NCBI GenBank assembly: GCA_023435925.1
Contig: JAEZLF010000063.1
Span: 496-64,495, forward strand
Direction of reading: 5' to 3'
Length of the DNA stretch: 64,000 nt
Source of the DNA: Bacillota bacterium
Lineage (GTDB): Bacteria > Bacillota > Clostridia > Acetivibrionales > DTU013
Part shown: positions 31,171 through 40,100 of the stretch, one piece after another
How the letters are laid out: the number at the start of each line of letters is the position of its first letter
Numbering within the stretch: the first letter of the stretch is position 1
Position numbers and translations under genes: made by a program
The notes under the pieces: model-generated
Told to the model about the DNA's origin: nothing
Databases searched by the model: none
The model's input: the letters and a program-made list of their open reading frames with translations, nothing else

Positions 31171-33836
31171 TGTCTATTGAAACAACTGACAATTTTGCTT
31201 TTTATGAACAATTAAAATACTACTATCAGGTAAACCGCCGAAAAATCCGCTCACGGTATAATGAACTGACGAGGAAGTTCCTTGCATATAATGACCGTGA
31301 GGAGAACCCAACAGCATTTCTACGTCTACCACAATTTGAAGCCCTGGAGATTTATATCTTTATTAAGGAGTTTATGGGAAATGCGCAGGTCTATGAAATG
31401 TTCGATGATTGGCGCAACCGCCGTGACAGGTTTGCGGATGCTTCTTATTACGCTGTCAATAGGGATGGGCAGTACACGATTTTTGATTTCGTCCAGACAA
31501 TGAGTGGGAAGACTGTATTCTTGCCCGGAGCGGTCGAGAAGCAGACCGATATTCTCTTTAAACAGATGAAGAAATATACAGAGAAATACCCAAACTACAT
31601 CTACGCTCTGACGATGGGGTTGGGGAAAACCATACTGATGGCGACTTGTATATTCTATGAGTTTCTTTTAGCATACAAATATCCTAAAGATAAACGGTTT
31701 TGCCACAATGCACTTATATTCGCCCCTGATAAGACTGTCCTTCAGTCGCTACGCGAAATTATCACGTTCGACAAGACGAAGGTCGTGCCACCGGAATATG
31801 CGAGGGTACTCGATGCTAACATAAAGTTTCATTTTCTCGAGGATAGTGGGACGACGCTTCATACACTTGACGCTTCCGATTTCAATATTATTATCTCGAA
31901 TACACAAAAGATTATAGTAAAGAAGAAGCGCAAAGAAGATAAGCCAGCCGACGTCTTATTTAATCAAGGTTCACTTCTATCCTCTGTATATAGTGGGAAT
32001 GATGAGGACGATGATGTCAATGATGATTCCACTCTGATGGAAAATCAGCGTTTCAAGAAGCTATGCCGTCTCAATCAGCTTGGTGTATATGTGGACGAGG
32101 CGCACCACCTATTTGGTGCAGATTTGGAGAAACAGATACGCTCCACAAGCGGTCAGAAAACGAGTCTTCGCGATACTATCAATATGCTTGCTGACAGCAC
32201 GTCAATTGTTGCCTGCTATAACTACACCGGAACACCTTATGTGAATAAACAGCTTTTACCGGAAGTTGTTTACGCATATGGCTTAAAGGAGTCAATCCAA
32301 AACGGTTTCCTTAAGGACGCCGACCTGAAAGCATTTGATAATATTAAGAGCAAGGAGTTCCTACGCACTGTTATCACAGCCTTCTGGGGGAAATACGGTT
32401 GTAGAATGTTTGAAGGTTTGCCACCTAAACTGGCGATTTTTGCAACGACAATAAAAGAAGCTGATGAGGAGGTTCGCCCGATTGTGGAAAAAATTCTCGC
32501 CGACTTGGGCGTACCATCTTCAAAGATACTGGTAAACGTCGGTGATGAGAAGATAACAAAGAACGAGGATATTCGGAATTTCAATGACCTCGATGTACCG
32601 GGGACAATCGGCAGCCAGAAACAGATACTCATTCTTGTAGGCAAAGGACGTGAGGGATGGAACTGCCGTTCGCTTTTTGGAGTTGCGATGTACCGGAGCC
32701 CACAGTCTAAAATATTCGTCCTCCAAGCGACGATGCGCTGTCTGCGCAAGATTACCTCCGAGCAGTTGACAGCCACAGTGTTCCTCTCAAAAGAGAACTA
32801 CGACATCCTTGATGATGAACTCAATAAGAACTTCAATATGGAAATCAAGGACATGTCAAAGTCTAGTGGTGACAAGCCGCAGCGTTATAAGGTCAGGTTT
32901 ATTCCACCGCAGCAGAAGATAAAGCTGAAACGTATTTCACATGAGTATACACTTTTCGAAAAGGGCTATACAGCGCCGATAGATTTTGAGCTTAAAGGTG
33001 CGGATTTCTCAAAATACGCCGCCGTGATGTATGAGAAACATAGTATCTCCAACGACATGAGTGTTAAGGAGATGAATATCGACCATTTAAAAGAGCGGAT
33101 GCGTTATAGTGCGTTTTCTCTCGCTGGCGAGATTGCTCGCTATCTGAACATCTCCTGTATCCTTGCAGCTCGGATTGTGAGGGAGTCAAAAGATGGGGAG
33201 AAAGCTGTTCTTGAAACTGTAAATAAATATAACGAAATCCTTGATGATATGATTATCCCACGGATATTCCACACCATTTTTGAGGTTTCAAGTAATATAA
33301 AGACAGAGGACTACGAACTAATCCTTCTGAAAGAGCCAAAAGAAGGTGGATATTTCGAATTTTCCGCAAAACCCGAACTTGTTGTGAAGAACACTGATAC
33401 ACAGTTTAAACCCAGCGAGTTGATTAAGAGCTTCCATGCTGATACCTACTGTTTTGACTCGAGGCCAGAGAAGGAGTGCTTCCTCCAGTATGTGTCAAGT
33501 GAAAAGGTCAAAAAGGTGTATTTTACCGGGATGTTCACGAGTAAACAAGGTGACCTTTCGATACAGTATTACGACCCCGAATCCAGAAGAATCCGTCAAT
33601 ACTACCCCGACTTTTTCGCTGAAATGGCAGACGGTTCCTACCAACTTATAGAGGTCAAGGGTGATGATAAAATTGACGATGCAGTAGTAAAAGCAAAAGC
33701 AGATGCTGCGCGTGAAATAGCAGTTCAAAGTGGTATTGAGTATAGGATGTATGCAGGGAGTGAACTGATGAAAAGAAATGTGCTTAATAAAGCTTTAGAG
33801 TCATACATCTCACCAGGTCTTGGGGGTAAACGATGA
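31167..33836 (+). CDS. res: Type III restriction enzyme Res subunit (SF2 helicase + C-terminal PD-(D/E)xK)
   Basis: Motifs LTMGLGKTILMA, VYVDEAHHLFG, GKGREGWNCRSL and the C-terminal nuclease motif YYPDFFAEMADGSYQLIEVKGDDK. There is an ATGA-type overlap with mod (31167-31170). Confidence 0.8.
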   Translation: MMSIETTDNFAFYEQLKYYYQVNRRKIRSRYNELTRKFLAYNDREENPTAFLRLPQFEALEIYIFIKEFMGNAQVYEMFDDWRNRRDRFADASYYAVNRDGQYTIFDFVQTMSGKTVFLPGAVEKQTDILFKQMKKYTEKYPNYIYALTMGLGKTILMATCIFYEFLLAYKYPKDKRFCHNALIFAPDKTVLQSLREIITFDKTKVVPPEYARVLDANIKFHFLEDSGTTLHTLDASDFNIIISNTQKIIVKKKRKEDKPADVLFNQGSLLSSVYSGNDEDDDVNDDSTLMENQRFKKLCRLNQLGVYVDEAHHLFGADLEKQIRSTSGQKTSLRDTINMLADSTSIVACYNYTGTPYVNKQLLPEVVYAYGLKESIQNGFLKDADLKAFDNIKSKEFLRTVITAFWGKYGCRMFEGLPPKLAIFATTIKEADEEVRPIVEKILADLGVPSSKILVNVGDEKITKNEDIRNFNDLDVPGTIGSQKQILILVGKGREGWNCRSLFGVAMYRSPQSKIFVLQATMRCLRKITSEQLTATVFLSKENYDILDDELNKNFNMEIKDMSKSSGDKPQRYKVRFIPPQQKIKLKRISHEYTLFEKGYTAPIDFELKGADFSKYAAVMYEKHSISNDMSVKEMNIDHLKERMRYSAFSLAGEIARYLNISCILAARIVRESKDGEKAVLETVNKYNEILDDMIIPRIFHTIFEVSSNIKTEDYELILLKEPKEGGYFEFSAKPELVVKNTDTQFKPSELIKSFHADTYCFDSRPEKECFLQYVSSEKVKKVYFTGMFTSKQGDLSIQYYDPESRRIRQYYPDFFAEMADGSYQLIEVKGDDKIDDAVVKAKADAAREIAVQSGIEYRMYAGSELMKRNVLNKALESYISPGLGGKR

Positions 33837-34798
33837 GTTTATTATATAAAACGGAGTATGGAAAATATTATGTAGGTAAGTGTGAGCAGATGATTCGCAG
33901 ACTGAAACTAAATGGAAAAGTCCAGCTTATCTTGACATCTCCTCCATTTCCCCTTAACAATAAGAAACAATATGGGAATTTAACGGGTGAAGACTATCTA
34001 AGATGGTTTAGTGGTCTTGCAGAGTTATTCTCAAGTGTTTTAACACCTGACGGTTCTATTGTTATTGAGTTGGGTAATGCATGGGAAAAAGGAAGACCAG
34101 TTCAGTCATTGCTAAATCTTAAATCTTTAATGAGCTTTGTTTCAAATGAGCGAGCTGGACTGCGCCTTTGTCAGGAGTTTATATGTTATAATCCAGCGCG
34201 CTTACCTTCCCCAGCACAATGGGTCACTATAAATCGAATCCGTGCAATAGATAGCTTCACTCATGTATGGTGGATGGCAAATTCAGATTATCCGAAGGCA
34301 GATAACAAGAAAGTGTTACGTCCCTATAGCAAAAGTATGAAAAAATTACTAAGAACACAAAAATTTAATGCCGGTAAAAGACCATCAGAGCATGTAATAA
34401 GTAAAGAGGCATTCTTAAAAGATAATAGTGGGAGTATTTCACATAATGTCTTGGAATTGGCGAATCCAGATGCTAATGAGGAACAGCGCCAACCTCATTC
34501 GATGTTTAGTATATCCAATACACAATCAAACGACTTCTTTACAAGGACCTGCAAGGAGCGAAATATCACTCCTCATCCAGCGAGAATGCCACTTGAATTA
34601 GCAAGTTTTTTTATTGAATTTCTAACTGACCCAGGCGATTTAGTCCTTGACCCTTTTGGTGGAAGTAATACCACAGGATTTTGCGCAGAACGGGCAAAGC
34701 GCAAGTGGATAAGCATAGATGCAAGCGAAGAATATGGAGAACAGTCGATTATTCGGTTTGAAGACCCAACAATAGAAACCCAAATTAAGAGGAGGTAG
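33833..34798 (+). CDS. stand-alone beta-class DNA methyltransferase (SPPF motif IV; N4-C or N6-A)
   Basis: Motif IV is LILTSPPFPLNN (aa ~33-44) and motif I is DPFGGSNTTGFCAERAKRKWISIDAS (aa ~280). The ATG overlaps the res stop (ATGA at 33833-33836). Confidence 0.85.
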   Translation: MSLLYKTEYGKYYVGKCEQMIRRLKLNGKVQLILTSPPFPLNNKKQYGNLTGEDYLRWFSGLAELFSSVLTPDGSIVIELGNAWEKGRPVQSLLNLKSLMSFVSNERAGLRLCQEFICYNPARLPSPAQWVTINRIRAIDSFTHVWWMANSDYPKADNKKVLRPYSKSMKKLLRTQKFNAGKRPSEHVISKEAFLKDNSGSISHNVLELANPDANEEQRQPHSMFSISNTQSNDFFTRTCKERNITPHPARMPLELASFFIEFLTDPGDLVLDPFGGSNTTGFCAERAKRKWISIDASEEYGEQSIIRFEDPTIETQIKRR

Positions 34799-34804
34799 AT
34801 ATGA

Positions 34805-36808
34805 ATGGGACTCACACAAGAAGTTAAAAATCTTGCTACCGTGGACATATTCCAAGAAGCCAAGAAGCCGGATATGTTTATTGGCAGACCATTTTACCTT
34901 GATTTTGAAAAAGCATACTTGTTAATTACAGATGCGTGGAAAGAAAGGGTTGGGGGTATTCCGCAGGGAACTTTTCTACTTGCTTTTTATGAAAATGAAA
35001 ACGATGACATTGATGAATGCCTTTTACTTAGAGCAATAAGACCTGCGAAGTTGCCGACTGATAATGATGTTATTGCATCTATGGTCGAATATTATAAAGA
35101 TAATTTAAATACCTCAGGCAAAAAGAATCAGCTTGATGACTTTACAAAATACACCTTCAGTTTTTCGGGTCTGGAATGTCGGGTTTTGGGCACTTTCTTT
35201 AGAGACGAAGCAGATAAAATTCAGTTTGGAGCCGATGTGGAAAATTATTATAGCGCACATAACTATGTAGCCTACAAACCTATTGGTAATGTTCTCGAGC
35301 AGATAGTAAACTTCAGGGATGGCAATTCCATTGGGAGCTCTACAGATTATCGGATCGGGAAGATAAGATACAGTTCAAGCCGTCGTTTTCAGGAAAAGCA
35401 TGCGGATGTGCCTGTATATATAAGCCCAAGTGATTTTTTGGGCAAACGTACCGCACTTTTTGGTATGACGAGAACTGGAAAATCAAATACTGTAAAGAAG
35501 ATAATTGAATCTACGACTGAAATAAGCAATAAAGCAAAATCTACTTCTGTTGCAGCAAATTTAGTTGATGCTACGGAAGTTATAATGCAATTTGAGGATA
35601 ATGGATTGCCTAAATATAAAGTAGGACAAATTATCTTCGATATGAATGGCGAATATGCCAATGCAAATTTACAAGACGAGGGGACGGCAATCTTTGAAAA
35701 ATATAAAAGTATAACGACAAGATATAGTGTGCTTGATAAGCCTGATTTTAAGGTACTAAAAGTAAATTTTTATAAAGAAATATCAGTAGGCTTTGAACTG
35801 ATCTGCAGCCTTCTTGCAGATGAAGGCGGTGATTACATAAAAAGCTTCCTTGCGGTTGACTTACAAGAACCTGACATAAATAATAGGTCAGCTCATACCC
35901 GTTGGCTACGTAAGGCTGCTGCCTATCAATGTTGCCTGAAAGCAGCAGGATTTACTGTACCGAAGAATCATAGGGTTAGCTTCACAGGGAATAAGGAGAT
36001 AAATGATAAGATTATCACGGGAAAAGTAATTGACCCCTCCAGTGGAATTAACTTAGAAGATGCAACTGCTTTTTGGACATGGGTTGCTGAACATCAAGAC
36101 GACAATTTTTTTGCAAATTACAAAAGCAGTAATGGTCATGATTGGGTTGATGAAGATTTGAAGGCGATCTTAGTTTTCTTAACTCGTAAGCGAGATTTAG
36201 GCAGAAACGTAAATATAACTGGTTACCGCAAATTGGTGCCACTACTAGATTACCATACAATAAATTCTGACTCTCCTTTTGAAATAGATATTGTTAACCT
36301 ACTCCGTCAAGGTCAAATAGTAATTGTTGATTTGTCTCAGGGCGATCCGATTATACAGCAAACTTTTGCAGAAAAAATCTGTGTAAGCGTTTTTAGAAAT
36401 GCGATGGATAATTTCGTAAAAACAAAACCGAATAATTTTATTCAATTTTATTTTGAGGAAGCCCACAACCTTTTCCCTCATAAAGAAGATAAAGATTTAA
36501 GTAGAATTTATAACCGCATTGCAAAAGAAGGGGCCAAGCTCAATATTGGTTTAATTTATGCTACCCAAGAAGTTAGTTCAATATCCTCAAACATATTAAA
36601 AAATACCCAAAACTGGTTTATCGCTCACCTTAATAATGAGGATGAACTTAAGGAAATTCGTAAATTCTACGATTTCGCTGACTTTTGTGACAGCTTAATC
36701 AGATATAGCTCGGGAAGCGATAAAGGCTTCATTCGTATGAAGACATACTCCAACGCATTTATTGTACCGGTGCAGATTGATAGGTTTACAGCACAAGGGG
36801 GTAATTGA
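34805..36808 (+). CDS. HerA/FtsK-superfamily (DUF87-like) ATPase
   Basis: Walker A is ALFGMTRTGKSNTVKKI and the Walker B region is FIQFYFEEAHNLFP. The HerA-like distal block is GLIYATQEVSSISSNILKNTQNWFIAHLNNEDE. An AGGAGG RBS is present, and the gene starts 6 nt after the methyltransferase. Confidence 0.7.
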   Translation: MGLTQEVKNLATVDIFQEAKKPDMFIGRPFYLDFEKAYLLITDAWKERVGGIPQGTFLLAFYENENDDIDECLLLRAIRPAKLPTDNDVIASMVEYYKDNLNTSGKKNQLDDFTKYTFSFSGLECRVLGTFFRDEADKIQFGADVENYYSAHNYVAYKPIGNVLEQIVNFRDGNSIGSSTDYRIGKIRYSSSRRFQEKHADVPVYISPSDFLGKRTALFGMTRTGKSNTVKKIIESTTEISNKAKSTSVAANLVDATEVIMQFEDNGLPKYKVGQIIFDMNGEYANANLQDEGTAIFEKYKSITTRYSVLDKPDFKVLKVNFYKEISVGFELICSLLADEGGDYIKSFLAVDLQEPDINNRSAHTRWLRKAAAYQCCLKAAGFTVPKNHRVSFTGNKEINDKIITGKVIDPSSGINLEDATAFWTWVAEHQDDNFFANYKSSNGHDWVDEDLKAILVFLTRKRDLGRNVNITGYRKLVPLLDYHTINSDSPFEIDIVNLLRQGQIVIVDLSQGDPIIQQTFAEKICVSVFRNAMDNFVKTKPNNFIQFYFEEAHNLFPHKEDKDLSRIYNRIAKEGAKLNIGLIYATQEVSSISSNILKNTQNWFIAHLNNEDELKEIRKFYDFADFCDSLIRYSSGSDKGFIRMKTYSNAFIVPVQIDRFTAQGGN

Positions 36809-38151
36809 AAGTGAGTTATGGAAATGAATATTCCAGTAAGCCTTTTGAAAGGGCCAGTAAAACCGCACATACAAACATAATTAACGACAAAGAAGTGCAA
36901 GCCTTTCTTACGAAGTGTAAGATACCACCCTATCAAGATGATGTTGATAGCGAAGATATGGAGATGCGTTTTCTTAACCCTCTTGCCCTAAATCCAATCA
37001 AAAACGTTGTTACCATAGATGGCGGATATACGAATATTTTTATAAAAGAGGATTTCCCATCATCCACCATTGCTTTTTTTCAGTTTGGAGCATTGTTTTT
37101 CAAGCATCAGGATTTATTTGATTTGAAGGTTAAGCCTTTTATTGACCCTGATGATTTTTCAAAACTACAAAAAATTCAGAGGATTAAACTGGTTGTGCCG
37201 ACCAAAGGAGTAGCTTTGGACGGAGAAATTGATTTAATAAGTTCTGTGAGAAAGTCAATATATGATTTTTTCTGTTCGCAGCCGGAACGGAACGGATTCA
37301 TATCTGCATTAAAATGGTTGCTCTTTGAGGAATACGATACTTCTGTTAAGAATTCTATTTGGCACTTGGCTTCTTGCCCATATTGCCAGGAAGGTGCAAA
37401 TATAAACAAATTGGATATTACACCAGCATATACAATTATTTGTCCTCATTGCAGCGGAACCATTTATTTAACTGATGTGTTTCGGCTTCATGAAGCGATT
37501 GACAACGAACTTGGAGCGGGAGGCATTCTTGGTTACTTATCTACGACTGTCGAACAAATAATTATTGTGTTTCTCATCAAACAAATGATTTCTATACGAC
37601 CAAGCCTCCTATCCGAAACGTTATTCATAAAAGATGGTCCGCTTGCATTTTACGGTCAAACTGCAAATATTCATAAGCCTATGAGAAAACTGATTACCTA
37701 CCTAAATAAGTTTCACAGCATATACATGGTCGGTTTAGAAAAAAGTGGATCTTTCGTTGAACATGCAGAACAAGTATCAAAGAAAATGAAGCAAAAACAA
37801 ATCCTGTTGTTGGGCAATAAATATATTTATAAGTATATCATTCCAGGCCAAGCAAAAGACAATGAACCCTATGCGAGTTCAACATATTATGGCCATAAGG
37901 TTATCTTTAAATCTGAATATGATAATGTTTATGTTGCTACTGTCCCTAGTTTGCAACCACAGTGTGAACCCAAAGTAGATGATTATATACATCTACATGA
38001 AACACTTTATAATGTAAGCGCTCTAAAATGCGACTTGTACTATAACTCACTTGTTCCAATAGTTTTAGCCAATAAGTTGGTATCTCTCGCTGACCATCCA
38101 AGCGCAGATGTATTAAAAGCTTTTGCTCAAAACAAAATAACCAACTATTAA
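36805..38151 (+). CDS. NurA-like nuclease with inserted zinc ribbon (putative)
   Basis: The spacing resembles NurA: VVTIDGGYTNIF, then LFIKDGPLAFYGQ, then MVGLEKSGSF. CPYCQEG...CPHCSG lies between them. The TTG start overlaps the ATPase stop (TTGA at 36805-36808). The fold assignment is by eye only. Confidence 0.5.
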   Translation: MKVSYGNEYSSKPFERASKTAHTNIINDKEVQAFLTKCKIPPYQDDVDSEDMEMRFLNPLALNPIKNVVTIDGGYTNIFIKEDFPSSTIAFFQFGALFFKHQDLFDLKVKPFIDPDDFSKLQKIQRIKLVVPTKGVALDGEIDLISSVRKSIYDFFCSQPERNGFISALKWLLFEEYDTSVKNSIWHLASCPYCQEGANINKLDITPAYTIICPHCSGTIYLTDVFRLHEAIDNELGAGGILGYLSTTVEQIIIVFLIKQMISIRPSLLSETLFIKDGPLAFYGQTANIHKPMRKLITYLNKFHSIYMVGLEKSGSFVEHAEQVSKKMKQKQILLLGNKYIYKYIIPGQAKDNEPYASSTYYGHKVIFKSEYDNVYVATVPSLQPQCEPKVDDYIHLHETLYNVSALKCDLYYNSLVPIVLANKLVSLADHPSADVLKAFAQNKITNY

Positions 38152-38246
38152 TTGGATTGAGGGGTATTAAAGGGATTGGATATAGAAATAGATGAGGATC
38201 TGGAACGTGAAGAATGACGTTAAGGCTATGATGGGAGATAAAGATA

Positions 38247-38768
38247 ATGAATAAGATACCAAAAGATTTTATAGCATTTGACTTGGAAACCACAGGATTT
38301 GCCCCTCCGTGCAAAATCATTGAAATTGGTGCTGTCAAAGTGCTAAACGGCAATATAGTCGAGCAAGTCCAGACTTTTGTTAATCCGTGTTCTGCAATTC
38401 CCAAGCATATCACAGACATTACCGGCATTAATCAAATGATGGTTGATAAAGCTCCTAAAATAGAAGATGCATTACCGATGTTCATTCATTTTATTGAGTT
38501 TTTCCCTATAGCCGCTCATAATGCTTCTTTTGATATGAAGTTTATACGGTCTGAAGCAAATAAGTTGGGCTACTCCGTAAGAAACCAGGTAATTGATACG
38601 CTTACCTTAGCCCGAAGGCATTTTCCGAGATTAGATAATCATAAACTGAATACTGTTGCCCGACATATAGGTGTGATAAATCAGAATGAACATAGAGGCC
38701 TTTATGATGCTATGGTTGTCGCCGAGATTTTATTGAAGATATCTCTCAATGATGAACAGGTAGGTTAG
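38247..38768 (+). CDS. DEDDh 3'-5' exonuclease (DnaQ/epsilon-like)
   Basis: ExoI is FIAFDLETTG, ExoII is AHNASFDMKF and ExoIII is HRGLYDA (H-x4-D). Confidence 0.85.
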   Translation: MNKIPKDFIAFDLETTGFAPPCKIIEIGAVKVLNGNIVEQVQTFVNPCSAIPKHITDITGINQMMVDKAPKIEDALPMFIHFIEFFPIAAHNASFDMKFIRSEANKLGYSVRNQVIDTLTLARRHFPRLDNHKLNTVARHIGVINQNEHRGLYDAMVVAEILLKISLNDEQVG

Positions 38769-38933
38769 CGATAGATTGCAAATAAAGAAACGGTAGCATT
38801 GATGGACAGACTCGTTCATCATACTCACTTTTATGTAAATTTAACTTACAAACCTTGTAAACATATGTCAACATTGCTTATATTGATATAGGCTATTTAT
38901 TTCGCTGTTAAACTATAAGTACCGTCGTATATA

Positions 38934-39296
38934 AAAAATCCTAAGGAGATTCCACAATGCCAACCACCCACTATAACAAACTAATCCGTGACAAAATCCC
39001 TGAAATTATTGAAAAATCCGGTAAAAAACCAATCACAGAGATACTTGATGCCGAGGCCTATAAAAAGCACCTTGACCTAAAACTCAGCGAGGAGCTTCAA
39101 GAATATCTTAATGACGATAATATCAATGAGTTGGCTGATCTGGTTGAAGTGATTTATGCGATCCTAAAACATAAGGGTATTGAGCTGGACGATTTTGAGC
39201 AAGTTCGAAAAAGGAAGGCAGAGGAGCGGGGAGCATTTGATAAGAGGCTGTTGCTAAAAGAAGTCAGAGACTAAATCATGAGTTATTGTCAGACAG
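38934..39296 (+). repeat. 363-bp direct repeat, copy 1 (MazG-like gene plus first 21 nt of the downstream helicase gene)
   Basis: It aligns colinearly, with substitutions only, to 41422-41784. Both copies end at ...TAAATCATGAGTTATTGTCAGACAG. Confidence 0.9.
38957..39274 (+). CDS. MazG-like all-alpha NTP pyrophosphohydrolase (copy 1)
   Basis: 105 aa. The N-terminus YNKLIRDKIPEII and the acidic metal-binding helices SEELQEYL and ELADLVEV match small MazG/phosphoribosyl-ATP-PPase-like proteins. Confidence 0.7.
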   Translation: MPTTHYNKLIRDKIPEIIEKSGKKPITEILDAEAYKKHLDLKLSEELQEYLNDDNINELADLVEVIYAILKHKGIELDDFEQVRKRKAEERGAFDKRLLLKEVRD

Positions 39297-39371
39297 CCTA
39301 ATCAACAAAACAGGATGAGCTCGAAGTTTATTGTAAGAAGTACAATGAAGTGATATTGGAGGGTTTTTATA

Positions 39372-40049
39372 TTGAGCGGTTTGACAGAAAAGTATGTTCA
39401 GGATGTTTCTTTGGAATTCCTTAAAAAGTATTATGAGGATAAGGACAAACCTGAAAAGATCTTTTGTAAAAAAGAAGTGGTGACCAAATATAAAAAGCGA
39501 AAAGGAAGAGCGGATGGGTTAATTGCTTATAAGAATGGAAATCAGATTTATACTGTGTCATTGGAAGCAAAGTCGCATAAAACATATGATACCCTGATTG
39601 CAATATATAATGATAAATTGTGGTTATTGATTGGTTTCATAGTTGCTTGCATTATTTTTGCTTTCTCCATTTTTTTACTTTGGCAGTTAAATTGGATTAT
39701 CAAGATGGTTATTTCTTTATCTGTAGGGACATTATTTGGGTTTGCAGCAATGTTTCTTATAGATGAAAAAGGATATTTGAATAGGCATGGGATTATTGAA
39801 CAAGTAAGAAGATATCCTGCCAATGAACGGTGGATTGCTTTTTCATATGATGCTTATAGCTTTTTCGATAAGCAAAATGAACATGAATTAAAGATTCGTG
39901 CTAAAAGATATGGAATCGGCATCATAATTGTCAGCAAATCAAGAAAGGCTTATATTGAACTGCATGCTAAAGCAAGTAACATGAAGGGAAAAATGAATTT
40001 TCTAAAATACTATTCAGCAGCAGACAGTATTGAAAAATCTATAAATTAG
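39372..40049 (+). CDS. hypothetical membrane protein with PD-(D/E)xK-like motif split by a TM hairpin
   Basis: TTG start behind GGAGGG. GRADGLIAYK...YTVSLEAKS forms a D...EAK pattern. Two or three TM helices follow (LWLLIGFIVACIIFAFSIFLLW, MVISLSVGTLFGFAAMFLI), then a soluble tail ending in RYGIGIIIVS. Confidence 0.4.
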   Translation: MSGLTEKYVQDVSLEFLKKYYEDKDKPEKIFCKKEVVTKYKKRKGRADGLIAYKNGNQIYTVSLEAKSHKTYDTLIAIYNDKLWLLIGFIVACIIFAFSIFLLWQLNWIIKMVISLSVGTLFGFAAMFLIDEKGYLNRHGIIEQVRRYPANERWIAFSYDAYSFFDKQNEHELKIRAKRYGIGIIIVSKSRKAYIELHAKASNMKGKMNFLKYYSAADSIEKSIN

Positions 40050-40100
40050 TATGAGAATTGAAGAAAATATCAAAGCTGTTGTCATAACCTGTCATCTGTT

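Noticed and set aside
37946-38428. 160-aa minus-strand ORF spanning the NurA-like gene end and the exonuclease gene start
   Set aside because: It overlaps two plus-strand genes with clear motifs, including the ExoI DLETTG block. It is a shadow ORF.
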